64,000 bases of DNA from Quinella sp. 2Q5 (GTDB taxonomy: Bacteria > Bacillota > Negativicutes > Selenomonadales > Selenomonadaceae): contig JADEZQ010000011.1 of assembly GCA_015206785.1 (NCBI GenBank), positions 543-64,542 of the forward strand, written 5' to 3'. Each line of letters opens with the position of its first letter. Within the stretch, counting starts at the first letter, position 1. The position numbers and the translations under genes were made by a program. A model generated the notes under the pieces. The model was not told where the DNA came from. It was given only the letters and a program-made list of their open reading frames with translations, and did no database searches. Below are positions 54,459-63,986 of the stretch, in pieces.

Positions 54459-54503
54459 TGGCTGCAAGTTCCCCAAAATTTTTCATACGACGAGGAGCAT
54501 ATC

Positions 54504-55433
54504 ATGAGAAAAATTTTTTTCACCGTGCTGATTCTGTTGACGGCGTGTGTCTTCGGTTGCGGGCAAAAAAAATCCGCCACCGATGTCAACGAAATTCCGA
54601 CCGAAGTGGCGACCGGCACCGTTGCCGAAAAAAAATCCGACGCGCCGCCGATTGAACAGCCCGCGCCCGTTGCCGTTGAAGGCGTCGATTACGTCGTTGC
54701 GGCGGACGATTTGTCCAACCTGCAGCTGACCGACCCGACCATTCCCGTCTACGACAAGCACAATCTTTGGGAGCGGCAAGAAGCCGGCTTGCCCGTTGTC
54801 CTGCCCATGCTTGAACCCTATGACGCGGCGTCGACGGTTTATCTCACGTTTGACGACGGACCCGACGACAAAATCACTCCGCAGATTCTCGACATCCTCA
54901 AGGCGGAAGGAGTTAAGGCGACCTTCTACGTCTGCGGCAACATGGTCGACACTTATCCCGACGTCCTCAAGCGCATCTTCAACGAAGGGCACGCCATCGG
55001 CAACCACAGCTACAATCACCGCTACAACGAGCTGTACGCCAGCCCGTGGAGCTTCATGGAGCAAATCATTCAGACCGACAACGCCATTCGCAACGTTATC
55101 GGCGTGCGCCCGTTCATCATTCGTGCACCCGGCGGCGCGAGCGGAATGTTCAGCGCGAACTATTGGGCAATGGTCGACGATTGCGGCTACGTTGAGCACG
55201 ATTGGAACGCCCTGACCGAAGACGCCACGCCTTCCAAGCCAAATGCCTCCACGCAGGTTAACAACGTCCTTCGCAACCTGGGCGAGCACCCGCCGCGTTC
55301 GGTCATCATACTCATGCATTCGATGGGCGACAAAACCGAGACCGTTAAGGCTCTGCCCGAACTGATTCACTTCCTGCGCGATTGGGGCTATCAATTCGGC
55401 GTCGTCACTCCAATGACGCCGCAACCTTGGTGA
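54504..55433 (+). CDS. Polysaccharide deacetylase (NodB/CE4) lipoprotein
   Basis: Lipobox-type signal peptide (ILLTAC / VFGC) and NodB motifs TFDDGP and GNHSYNH. The listed ORF 53475-55433 is extended upstream artefactually. Confidence 0.85.
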   Translation: MRKIFFTVLILLTACVFGCGQKKSATDVNEIPTEVATGTVAEKKSDAPPIEQPAPVAVEGVDYVVAADDLSNLQLTDPTIPVYDKHNLWERQEAGLPVVLPMLEPYDAASTVYLTFDDGPDDKITPQILDILKAEGVKATFYVCGNMVDTYPDVLKRIFNEGHAIGNHSYNHRYNELYASPWSFMEQIIQTDNAIRNVIGVRPFIIRAPGGASGMFSANYWAMVDDCGYVEHDWNALTEDATPSKPNASTQVNNVLRNLGEHPPRSVIILMHSMGDKTETVKALPELIHFLRDWGYQFGVVTPMTPQPW

Positions 55434-55444
55434 GGAGGCTCGAT

Positions 55445-56212
55445 ATGCTGTTCGATTCACACATGCACACGCAAGTTTCCGCCGATTCCGACATGTCGGC
55501 AACTGATGCTCTGGCGCGGGCGGCGGCTCTGAATTTGGGCGTCGTCTTCACGGAGCATTTCGATTACGGCTTCGCCAACGAGGATGGAGAATTTTCCTTC
55601 GACCCCGCGGCGTACATGAGCGGCTACAAAAATTTCCGCGGCTCAAGTTGTCGGCTCGGCGTCGAAGTCGGTCTGCGACCTTGCGCACGAGATGCCAACG
55701 AAAATTTTTTGCGGCAGGCTGATTTCGATTTCGTCATCGGCTCAATTCATCTCGTCGACGGCGTGGATATTTACCTGCCCGAATTTTTTGCCGGCAAAGA
55801 CAAACCCACCGCCTGGCGAAAATATTTTCAGCAGATGGCGGACGAAGCTGCCGTTGCCGATTTCGACGCGCTCGGTCACATCGATTACATCTGCCGCACC
55901 GCGCCATACGTCGACCCCGAAATCGATTACGCCGCCTTCGCCGACGAGATTGATGCCGTGCTGAAAATCGTCGTCGAACGCGGAAAAGTTCTTGAGCTAA
56001 ACACGCGCCGCTTCGTCGACGAGAAGGCCGTCCTTGAGCTGGTGCCCGTCTACGAGAAGTATCGCGCGCTCGGCGGACGCTTCGTCACGCTCGGTTCCGA
56101 CGCCCACACCGTTGCCGCCGTCGGAAAATTTTTTGACCGCGCCGTTGAATTCACCCGCGAACTGAACTTGACGCCCGTCACCTTCTGCGAACGGAGCATG
56201 AAGATTTTTTGA
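55445..56212 (+). CDS. hisK: Histidinol-phosphatase, PHP (HisJ/HisK) family
   Basis: MLFDSHMHTQVSADS start after GAGGAGG, and PHP metal-binding His/Asp pattern (GSDAH). Confidence 0.8.
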   Translation: MLFDSHMHTQVSADSDMSATDALARAAALNLGVVFTEHFDYGFANEDGEFSFDPAAYMSGYKNFRGSSCRLGVEVGLRPCARDANENFLRQADFDFVIGSIHLVDGVDIYLPEFFAGKDKPTAWRKYFQQMADEAAVADFDALGHIDYICRTAPYVDPEIDYAAFADEIDAVLKIVVERGKVLELNTRRFVDEKAVLELVPVYEKYRALGGRFVTLGSDAHTVAAVGKFFDRAVEFTRELNLTPVTFCERSMKIF

Positions 56213-56237
56213 CGGCGAAAAATTTTTCGTGTACAAT
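56209..56237 (+). promoter_or_regulatory. Sigma-70-type promoter for the purine permease
   Basis: TTGACG, 17 nt, TACAAT. The spacer contains GAAAAATTTTTC. Confidence 0.55.
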
Positions 56238-56274
56238 TTCTGCCGCAGGTCAAACCTTTTCTCGGAGGCAGGCT

Positions 56275-57636
56275 ATGGAAAAATTTTTTGAACTCAGTCA
56301 ACGCGGCACCGACGTCAAGACCGAAGTTATGGCGGGCATCACGACCTTCATGACGATGGCGTACATCCTGGCGGTCAACCCGATTATCTTGGGTGCGGCG
56401 GGCATGGACGCGGGCGCGGTTTTCACCGCCACCGCCTTGGCAAGCGCGTTCGCTACGTTTATGATGGCATTCCTCGCGAACATGCCGTTCGTGCTCAGTG
56501 CGGGCATGGGGCTAAACGCCTACTTCGCCTACACAGTGGTCATCGGCATGGGCTACACCTGGCAACAGGCTCTGGCGGCAATCTTCGTCGAGGGTGTCAT
56601 TTTTATTTTGCTGTCGCTGGTCAATATCCGCGAGGCAATCTTCAACGCGATACCGCCGTCGCTGAAAATCGCCGTGTCCGTCGGCATAGGACTTTTCATC
56701 AGCTTCATCGGTCTGCAGAACGCGCACATCGTCGTTTCCGGTCCCACGCTCGTGACGCTCTACTCGTTCAAAGGCTCGGTGGAAAGCGGCACGTTCCATT
56801 CCGAAGGCATAACGGTATTGCTGGCGTTGATCGGTCTGCTGATAACGGCGTTCCTGCTGATTAAGAACGTCAAGGGCTCGGTGTTGTTCGGCATCATCGC
56901 GACTTGGGGCTTGGGAATGATTTGCCAATCGGTTGGGCTGTACGTGCCCGACCCGTCGAAAGGTTTCTTCAGCCTGGTTCCCAACGGGATAATGTCAATG
57001 CCCGCCTCGCTCAGTCCGACGCTTATGCAGGTGGACTTCAGCTCGGTGCTGTCGTTTGAATTTTTCACGGTGCTGATGGCGTTCCTGTTCGTCGATCTGT
57101 TCGACACGATTGGCACGGTCATAGGTTGCGCGTCTAAGGCAGACCTGCTCGACAAAGACGACAGGCTCCCCAAAGTCAAACAAGTTCTGCTCACCGACGC
57201 AATCGGCACGACTGCCGGCTCGCTTATGGGCACGTCAACAATCACAACGTTCGTCGAATCGTCCGCGGGCATAGCCGAAGGCGGCAAGACCGGTCTGACG
57301 GCTCTGACGGCGGGCTGTTTGTTTTTGACGGCACTGTTCTTCTCGCCGATATTCCTGGCAATCCCCGCGTTTGCCACGGCTCCCGCGCTGATTATCGTCG
57401 GCTTCCTGATGATGCAACAGGTCGCAAAGATTCATTGGACGGACGACGTGTTGACCGCCGTGCCAGCTTACATCACAATCTTCTCGATGGCGTTTATGTA
57501 TTCGATATCGGAAGGCATTTGCTTCGGCGTCATCAGCTACACGCTCCTTCACGTCGGCATGGGCAAGGGCAAGGACGTCACGCCGCTGATGTACATACTC
57601 ACGGTGCTGTTTATCCTGAAGTATGCGTTCCTTTGA
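56275..57636 (+). CDS. NCS2-family purine (adenine/guanine/hypoxanthine) permease, AzgA/PbuG type
   Basis: MEKFFELSQRGTDVKTEVMAGITTFMTMAYILAVNP is the family-typical N-terminus. Multi-TM throughout. Confidence 0.85.
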   Translation: MEKFFELSQRGTDVKTEVMAGITTFMTMAYILAVNPIILGAAGMDAGAVFTATALASAFATFMMAFLANMPFVLSAGMGLNAYFAYTVVIGMGYTWQQALAAIFVEGVIFILLSLVNIREAIFNAIPPSLKIAVSVGIGLFISFIGLQNAHIVVSGPTLVTLYSFKGSVESGTFHSEGITVLLALIGLLITAFLLIKNVKGSVLFGIIATWGLGMICQSVGLYVPDPSKGFFSLVPNGIMSMPASLSPTLMQVDFSSVLSFEFFTVLMAFLFVDLFDTIGTVIGCASKADLLDKDDRLPKVKQVLLTDAIGTTAGSLMGTSTITTFVESSAGIAEGGKTGLTALTAGCLFLTALFFSPIFLAIPAFATAPALIIVGFLMMQQVAKIHWTDDVLTAVPAYITIFSMAFMYSISEGICFGVISYTLLHVGMGKGKDVTPLMYILTVLFILKYAFL

Positions 57637-57644
57637 CCGCAACG

Positions 57645-57795
57645 CGGTCGGGTCTTCCTTTTCTTTTGCCGGTCCAAAAGAAAAGTAAGCAAAAGAAAAG
57701 GACCTCCGAGCCGGCAACGACGCATCACGTCGTCGTATGCCGGCGGCCGCCCGTCCATGGGCGGCCTCGTTGTCGACTGATTCAACGGGTGCGGT
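57645..57795 (-). repeat. Interspersed structured repeat, copy 2 (reverse orientation)
   Basis: Its reverse complement aligns with copies 1 and 3 across all three stem-loops. Confidence 0.85.
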
Positions 57796-57817
57796 GATAG
57801 TTTTAAGGAGATCAATT

Positions 57818-59554
57818 ATGACGAAAGATGAGCTGAAAGTTTTGATTGACACGGCGGCCGGCAGACGAGAGGCTGACCTGGTGATTCGCAACTGCCGAAT
57901 CGTCAACGTCTTGAGCGGCGAAATCTGCGAGGGCTCGGTTGCTGTGGCCGGCGGGCGAATCGTCGGCATGGGCGCGGAAGATTATGACGGCGCGGAAATT
58001 TTTGACGCCGACGGAAAGTTTCTCGTGCCTGGTTTCATTGACGCGCACGTTCACATCGAATCAGCCTTCCTCAGCCCCGAACAGCTCGGCAGGATTATTG
58101 TGCCCTGCGGCACCACGACCATCCTTGCCGACCCGCACGAGATTGCAAACGTCTGCGGGCTGGCGGGGATTCGCTACATGAGGGACGCCGCCTCACGGAC
58201 GAGACTGCGCGTGATTGAGTCGATGCCGAGCTGCGTGCCTGCCACAGAATTTGAAGACGCGGGTGCTGTCATTGAAGCGGCGGACATGGAAGAACTCCTT
58301 GCCGACGAAAATTTTTTTGGACTCGGAGAATTCATGAACGCCCCAGCCATCATCAACGCCGACTCCAACGCGCTCGACAAGGTTGAACTCGCCGCTCGGC
58401 TCGGCAAACTGATTGACGGTCACGCGCCCTCCGTCACCGGCAAAAATCTCAACGCCTACATGTGCGCGGGGATTGTCGGCGACCACGAATGCCGCACCGT
58501 CGACGAGATGAACGAACGCATTGCCAAGGGAATGTACGTGCTGATTCGCGAAGGCTCCGCTTGCCACGACTTGCGCCCACTTATTCGCGGCGTGACCAAT
58601 GCCAACAGCCGACGCTGTCTGCTGTGCTCCGACGACCGCCAGCCCAAAACGATTCTGGATTTGGGCGACATGGACAGCAACTTGAGGCTCTGCGTCGAAG
58701 AGGGGCTCGACCCCATCACCGCGATTCAAATGGCGACCGTCAACGTTGCCGAGGCTTTCCGTCTGCACGACCGCGGCGCAATCAAAATCGGTGCTCTGGC
58801 GGATTTGGTTCTGCTGAATAATTTGCGAGACTTCGGCGTCGAGAGCGTGTGGATCGGCGGCGAACTCGTTGCCCGCGACGGAAAGTATCTGCCGCCAATT
58901 GTTCCGGCCGACAGCTCAGCCGTGCGCAACAGTGTCCACGTCAAAGACTTCTCCGCCGACAAGCTCAAGCTCCATCTGTCGGGCAACCGCGCTCACGTCA
59001 TCGGCATAACCGGCGGCGGCGTCGTCACAAAAAAAATTACCGCCACCGTCACCGTGGACGAGGCGGGCGATTTTGTTTTCGACGCGGCTCACGACATCTG
59101 CAAGGTCGCTGTGATTGAACGCCACCGCATGACCGGCAAGGTCGGCGTCGGACTTTTGGGAGGCTTCGGTCTCAAACGCGGGGCTGTCGCCGTGAGCGTC
59201 GCGCACGATTCGCACAACATCATCGCCGCCGGCGCGAGCAACGACGAAATTTTTGCCGCAGTCAACGCCATCATCGACATGCAAGGCGGCATGGTCTTGG
59301 TCAACGGCTCACAGGTCATCGCGTCCATTGCGTTGCCGATTGCCGGCTTGATGAGCGATTTGAGCGGCGAAGAACTCAAGGTTAAGCTCGACGACTTCCA
59401 CGCCAAAGCGCACGCTCAACTCGGCATCAGCCCCGACGTCGAACCGGTTATGACGCTGGCGTTCATGAGCCTGCCCGTTATCCCCGAAGTCAAGCTGACG
59501 GCGCGCGGGCTGTTCGATTACGCCGCGTTCGACTTCATCAGCGTGGAAGCTTGA
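57818..59554 (+). CDS. ade: Adenine deaminase
   Basis: FIDAHVHIES metal site and full-length amidohydrolase pattern. ATG follows AAGGAG. Confidence 0.9.
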   Translation: MTKDELKVLIDTAAGRREADLVIRNCRIVNVLSGEICEGSVAVAGGRIVGMGAEDYDGAEIFDADGKFLVPGFIDAHVHIESAFLSPEQLGRIIVPCGTTTILADPHEIANVCGLAGIRYMRDAASRTRLRVIESMPSCVPATEFEDAGAVIEAADMEELLADENFFGLGEFMNAPAIINADSNALDKVELAARLGKLIDGHAPSVTGKNLNAYMCAGIVGDHECRTVDEMNERIAKGMYVLIREGSACHDLRPLIRGVTNANSRRCLLCSDDRQPKTILDLGDMDSNLRLCVEEGLDPITAIQMATVNVAEAFRLHDRGAIKIGALADLVLLNNLRDFGVESVWIGGELVARDGKYLPPIVPADSSAVRNSVHVKDFSADKLKLHLSGNRAHVIGITGGGVVTKKITATVTVDEAGDFVFDAAHDICKVAVIERHRMTGKVGVGLLGGFGLKRGAVAVSVAHDSHNIIAAGASNDEIFAAVNAIIDMQGGMVLVNGSQVIASIALPIAGLMSDLSGEELKVKLDDFHAKAHAQLGISPDVEPVMTLAFMSLPVIPEVKLTARGLFDYAAFDFISVEA

Positions 59555-59570
59555 AAAATTTTTGCGCCAA

Positions 59571-59617
59571 CGAAAAAACCTGCCGCGTCCGAACTTTTGC
59601 GGCAGGTTAATTTTATT
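59571..59617. terminator. Bidirectional intrinsic terminator between ade and rseP
   Basis: AACCTGCCGC, a 12-nt loop, then GCGGCAGGTT, flanked by AAAAAA and TAATTTTATTT. Confidence 0.7.
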
Positions 59618-60653
59618 TCAGGAAGACGCGTACGATGTCGTTCTTGGTGGCGAAGAGCATGAGCATAAGCAGCAGGGCAATGCCGACGCGTTGGGTGTAA
59701 GCGACTGCCTTTGCGCCGAGTGGCTTGCCGCGCACCGCCTCGATTAACAGATTGACGAAGTGTCCGCCGTCCAGCACGGGCACGGGCAACAAGTTCACAA
59801 TGCCGAGGTTGAGCGACAGCAACGCCGCGAAGTTGAGCAGGTGCAGGAAGCCGCGTTCAGCGACTTGTCCCGACATTTGGATTATGCCAATCGGTCCGGC
59901 AAGATTTTCACGCTGAGCGGGTTTCTTGAACAGGTCGGCGATGGCGTCGAGCATGCTTATGGTGAGCTCCTTCGTGTGAGTGACCGCCAGCGCGAACGAT
60001 TCGGGCAGGCTCTTGTGCTCGTAGACGACGTTGCTGTGCACGCCGACGAGCGAACGCTTGGTATCCTCGTCGTATTTGGGAGTGACGGTGACGGTTTGAA
60101 TGCTGTCGCCGCGTTTGTATTGAAGCTCAACGTTGCGTCCGGGTTCCACGTTGCGGATTTTGGCGGTGAAGTCGTTCCACGTGGTAACGGCTTGCCCGTC
60201 CACGCTAAGGATCAAATCGCCCGCCTTGATTCCCGCTTGCTCAGCCGACATTCCCTCCATAACGTCGCCGATAATCGGTTCGTCAGCGGGTCTGCCCACG
60301 CCCAGCGTCAGGTAGATTATCGTGAACAGAATTATCGGCAGGACAAAGTTCATCGTCGAGCCCGCAAGGATAACAATCATTCGGCTCAGCACGGGCTTGG
60401 CGCAGAAGCCTCGTTCGCCGGCGGTGTTGTTGTCGGGGTCCATGCCGGCAATGTCGTTGAAGCCGCCAAGTGGCACCGCGCGCACGGAATAAACCGTTTC
60501 GCCGTGTTTGCGGCTGATGATTTTGGGACCGAAGCCGATTGCGAATTCGTCGACGCGCATGCCCGTCATCTTCGCGGTGATGAAGTGCCCGAACTCGTGG
60601 ACGAGCACCAACAATGCGAAGACGAAGATTGCCGCCGCTATCGTCAGAATCAA
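59613..60653 (-). CDS. rseP: RIP metalloprotease RseP (M50 site-2 protease)
   Basis: HEFGHF zinc motif, a PDZ domain and a C-terminal TM region. TTG 60653 lies 7 nt after GAGGAGG and overlaps the dxr stop. Confidence 0.85.
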   Translation of the reverse strand: MILTIAAAIFVFALLVLVHEFGHFITAKMTGMRVDEFAIGFGPKIISRKHGETVYSVRAVPLGGFNDIAGMDPDNNTAGERGFCAKPVLSRMIVILAGSTMNFVLPIILFTIIYLTLGVGRPADEPIIGDVMEGMSAEQAGIKAGDLILSVDGQAVTTWNDFTAKIRNVEPGRNVELQYKRGDSIQTVTVTPKYDEDTKRSLVGVHSNVVYEHKSLPESFALAVTHTKELTISMLDAIADLFKKPAQRENLAGPIGIIQMSGQVAERGFLHLLNFAALLSLNLGIVNLLPVPVLDGGHFVNLLIEAVRGKPLGAKAVAYTQRVGIALLLMLMLFATKNDIVRVFLK

Positions 60654-61807
60654 ATTATTTCCTCCTCGATAAATTTTTCTGACAGCCGCCGCGTCTCCGA
60701 ATCCTCCGCGATTAAATCTTCCAGCGTCGGATTTTGCGTGACGGGTCGCCGCCACATTGCGTTATCGATTACGTCATAGATGTCCAGGAATTTTATTCGG
60801 CCGCGCAAAAATTCTCGGACTGCCACTTCGTTCGCCGCGTTGAATGTGCAGGGCAACGTTCCGCCCGCTTTACCCGCCTCGTAAGCGAATTTCAGCCCGC
60901 GGAAAGTTTCGACGTCGGGCGGCTCGAATGTCAGCGAATTCAGTTGCCAGAAGTCCAGACGTTTGACCGGCGAAGGCAGCCGTCGCGGATAAGTCAGCGC
61001 GTATTGAATCGGCAGACGCATGTCCGTTGACGCGAGCTGCGCGATAACTGACCCGTCGACGAACTCAACCATCGAATGAACGATGCTCTGCGGGTGCACG
61101 ACGACTTGAATTTGATCGTAGTCGACGCCGTACAAAAATTTCGCCTCGATAACTTCAAGCCCCTTGTTGACGAGCGACGCGCTGTCGACAGTGATCTTCC
61201 TGCCCATGTTCCACGTGGGGTGGGCAAGAACTTCTTTGACGGTGGCGTTTCGCAGGTCGTCGAAAGTTTTTCCGCGGAAGGGGCCGCCGGACGCCGTGAG
61301 CAAAAGTTTTTCGATGGCGCGAGGATTTTCACCCTGCAGACATTGGAAGAAGGCTCCATGCTCCGAGTCGACGGGCAGAATCTTCACGCCGCGAGCTTCG
61401 GCAGATTTTGTGACGAGTTCGCCGGCGACAACGAGCGTCTCCTTGTTGGCGAGGGCGATGTTCTTGCCGCAAGCTATAGCCTTGAGCGTCGGCTCCAAGC
61501 CCGCAAACCCACTCATGCCCGTGAGCACCAGCTCCACGCCGTCAACTGTTGCCGCGTCGACGAAAGCTTGACGACCGCCGGCAAGTTCGACGCCCGAAAA
61601 TTTTTTTTGGCGCAGAACTTTGAACGCCGCCTCGTCAGCCAAAACTGCCAGCCGCGGACGGAACTCCTCCACCTGCGCGGCAAAGGTCTCGACGTTGGAA
61701 TTGGCAGCGAGCACCTCCACGGAAAATTCTTCAGGCAAGTTGCGCACCACGTCCAAAGCCTGCGTACCGATTGAGCCCGTCGATCCGAGTATCGCAATTT
61801 TTTTCAT
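60650..61807 (-). CDS. dxr: 1-deoxy-D-xylulose 5-phosphate reductoisomerase
   Basis: MKKIAILGSTGSIGTQALDV and other DXR motifs. The listed start at 61894 reads into the repeat element. Confidence 0.95.
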   Translation of the reverse strand: MKKIAILGSTGSIGTQALDVVRNLPEEFSVEVLAANSNVETFAAQVEEFRPRLAVLADEAAFKVLRQKKFSGVELAGGRQAFVDAATVDGVELVLTGMSGFAGLEPTLKAIACGKNIALANKETLVVAGELVTKSAEARGVKILPVDSEHGAFFQCLQGENPRAIEKLLLTASGGPFRGKTFDDLRNATVKEVLAHPTWNMGRKITVDSASLVNKGLEVIEAKFLYGVDYDQIQVVVHPQSIVHSMVEFVDGSVIAQLASTDMRLPIQYALTYPRRLPSPVKRLDFWQLNSLTFEPPDVETFRGLKFAYEAGKAGGTLPCTFNAANEVAVREFLRGRIKFLDIYDVIDNAMWRRPVTQNPTLEDLIAEDSETRRLSEKFIEEEII

Positions 61808-61834
61808 GAGCAGTCTCCAAAAACCAAACGATTC

Positions 61835-61985
61835 ACCGTCACCCGTTTCGGGTAGCGACAACGAGGCCGCCCAAGGATGGGCGGCCGCCGGCATACGACG
61901 ACGTGATGCGTCGTTGCCGGCTCGGAGGTCCTTTCTTTTGCTACTTTTCTTTGGACCAGCAAAGAAAAGTAGATCCTAAACGCAA
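61835..61985 (+). repeat. Interspersed structured repeat, copy 3
   Basis: Lies between cdsA and dxr. Sequence: GTCACCCGTTTCGGGTAGCGACAAC, GGCCGCCCAAGGATGGGCGGCC, CCGGCATACGACGACGTGATGCGTCGTTGCCGG, then CTACTTTTCTTTGGACCAGCAAAGAAAAGTAG. Confidence 0.85.
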
Positions 61986-62032
61986 ACGCAGTGGAAAATA
62001 CCGACGGTAGACATCTGCCGGCAAAAGAACAA

Positions 62033-62977
62033 TCACGCTATCCCCGAAAGCACCACGAAATAATAAAACGCGGGCGCGGTAAAGAAGATGCTGTCGAACC
62101 TGTCGAGAACGCCGCCGTGCCCGGGCAGGAAGATGCCCGAATCTTTGACGTTGGCGAAACGTTTCAGCACCGACTCAACCAAATCGCCGAGCGTCGCGGC
62201 AATCGCCAAGATGAAACCCGCAACCGCCATCTTCACCAGCGGCAGACCGAAGACAATCGTGCCGACGACAACCGCCGTGAAAATCGTTCCGACGACGGAA
62301 CCGAGGAAGCCTTCGACAGTTTTGCCGGGGCTGATGGACGAGGCTAGCTTGTGCGAACCGAAAGCCGTGCCCACGAAGTATGCGAAGGTGTCGCTTGCCC
62401 ACGTGCAGGCAAACAGCACCCATACCAGCGCACAGCCCGCGTCCACGTTCACGTTCAGGCTAAGGTCAATCGTCGGCAGGAAGCTGAGCAACCCGCCCAA
62501 GTCCAGCTTGTCCAGGAGCGTGGCGTTGTTCGTGGCAATCTCTTTGACGGTGGTGACTGCCTCGCCAGGCTGCGGCTCGTCCGCTAAGAACCGCAGGAAA
62601 ATCAGATGCGCGAACGGCAACCCGATGTACATTATCCCCGCCACGGAAACGCAAGCGTCGGTCGGTCGAGTTGACCCGCGCAGGACAACCGTCAACAGGA
62701 AGATCATCATCATGCTGAGCGTCAACACCGCCAACAGCTCTTCCACGTTGCCCAGCCACGCGCAACATTCAAGCAGTATCAGAGCCAGCGCGCCGAAGAT
62801 GTAAGTCGTCATCACGCCCGCCCGACGAAAGACGCCGGAGTATTCGTGCCAGGCTAACAGCGACAAAAATATCGCCACGCCCGCGAACGGCGCACCGCCG
62901 TATTGAATCACGAACGCGGCAATGGCAATGCCTATAATCCCCGTGATAATTCTAAGAGCCAAAACGTCACTCTCCAT
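62033..62977 (-). CDS. cdsA: Phosphatidate cytidylyltransferase
   Basis: Multi-TM protein with C-terminal PGHGGVLDRFDS signature. The start may be the TTG 15 nt downstream of the listed ATG. Confidence 0.85.
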   Translation of the reverse strand: MESDVLALRIITGIIGIAIAAFVIQYGGAPFAGVAIFLSLLAWHEYSGVFRRAGVMTTYIFGALALILLECCAWLGNVEELLAVLTLSMMMIFLLTVVLRGSTRPTDACVSVAGIMYIGLPFAHLIFLRFLADEPQPGEAVTTVKEIATNNATLLDKLDLGGLLSFLPTIDLSLNVNVDAGCALVWVLFACTWASDTFAYFVGTAFGSHKLASSISPGKTVEGFLGSVVGTIFTAVVVGTIVFGLPLVKMAVAGFILAIAATLGDLVESVLKRFANVKDSGIFLPGHGGVLDRFDSIFFTAPAFYYFVVLSGIA

Positions 62978-63986
62978 TCGGTCGCTGATTCGCGACGAAA
63001 ATTTTCTGTTGAGCTATCAGATCCGTCAGCAACCACGAAATCAACACGCCCTGCCCGTCCGAAGACTTGCCGAAGGTTTCATTGACCGCCGTGTAAATTT
63101 CGTGCAACGGAAGCTGAAGGCTACTGCCGTAGACGCGAGCCATCTTGGTGTGCGCGAAGAATTCCAACACCGCGCAACGATACTGCACGTTTCGGCGGAA
63201 GAACTCAAGCCCACCCATGAAGTCGTCTAAAATTTTTATGCCGCGCACCAGAGGATCAAGCCACAGCGTCAAGGTCTGTCGCGGCGTACGTTCGGTGCGT
63301 AGCGAGGAATTTTCGCTCAGACGCCAGACGTAGACGACGTTGGGCACGCGCAGGAGCCGTCGCGCATGAAAGATCAACGCATAAGTCCAGATGTCGTCTT
63401 CGGAAACTTTGACGTGCGGGAAAAAAATTTCGCGGTCGATGAGCAGGTCGCGGCGGACAAATTTGCTCCAGGTCGCCAAAGTGAATCTCTCCGCAATCAG
63501 CGCACGCACACGTTCGGAAAGGTCGTCGCTCTCCAATGTCGGGGCGGTGACCAAATTTTTATGGGGCGGTGCCGCGATGTAAATCTCGCTCAAATCGGCG
63601 CAGGCCTCGAAGTGTCGTTCGATGTAGACGACGTCGGCGTCGAAATTTTTTGCGGGCGCGTACAGCTCCTCAAGCGCGGTGGGCGTGATCAAATCGTCGG
63701 CGTCCACGAAGAAAACGTATTCGCCGCGGGAAAGTTTGATGCCCTTGTTGCGCGGCAGACCGCCGTTGCCGCTGTTGGTCGGCATGGAAAAAATTTTCAG
63801 CCGCCCGCCAAAACGTTCGCGGTAGCTTTCGACGACGGCGACGGAGTTGTCGGTTGAGCAGTCGTCCACGACGATGACTTCGAAATTTTTCAGCGACTGT
63901 GCCAACAAACTTTCGAGGGCGTCGGCGACGTAACGAGCGGCGTTGTACAGCGGGATAATCACGGAAACTGCGGGAGGGGTCGACAT
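62967..63986 (-). CDS. Family 2 glycosyltransferase
   Basis: VSVIIPLYNAARYVADALESLLAQSLKNFEVIVVDDCSTDNS and DADD motifs. Confidence 0.8.
   Translation of the reverse strand: MSTPPAVSVIIPLYNAARYVADALESLLAQSLKNFEVIVVDDCSTDNSVAVVESYRERFGGRLKIFSMPTNSGNGGLPRNKGIKLSRGEYVFFVDADDLITPTALEELYAPAKNFDADVVYIERHFEACADLSEIYIAAPPHKNLVTAPTLESDDLSERVRALIAERFTLATWSKFVRRDLLIDREIFFPHVKVSEDDIWTYALIFHARRLLRVPNVVYVWRLSENSSLRTERTPRQTLTLWLDPLVRGIKILDDFMGGLEFFRRNVQYRCAVLEFFAHTKMARVYGSSLQLPLHEIYTAVNETFGKSSDGQGVLISWLLTDLIAQQKIFVANQRPNGE

Noticed and set aside
53475-54503. The N-terminal 340 aa of the listed 652-aa ORF 53475-55433 as part of the deacetylase.
   Set aside because: That part is antisense to the well-supported GT paralog at 53085-54344. 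A promoter, an RBS (GAGGAG) and a lipoprotein signal peptide define the real start at 54504.
56213-56274. Purine riboswitch upstream of the NCS2 permease, or between the permease and adenine deaminase.
   Set aside because: The leader after the predicted -10 is only about 35 nt and lacks the conserved purine-aptamer three-way junction sequences. The permease-ade spacer is occupied by the interspersed repeat, which also occurs next to unrelated genes.
57549-57815. Listed ORFs running through the interspersed repeats (57549-57815(-), the 5' extension of 57737-59554(+), the 5' extension of 60650-61894(-), and 61620-61979(+)) as possible repeat-encoded proteins.
   Set aside because: The shared peptide strings (for example AAGIRRRDASLPARRSF) simply reflect translation of the conserved hairpin DNA. 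The frames differ between copies, they lack an RBS, and the true gene starts (57818, 61807) lie outside the repeat.
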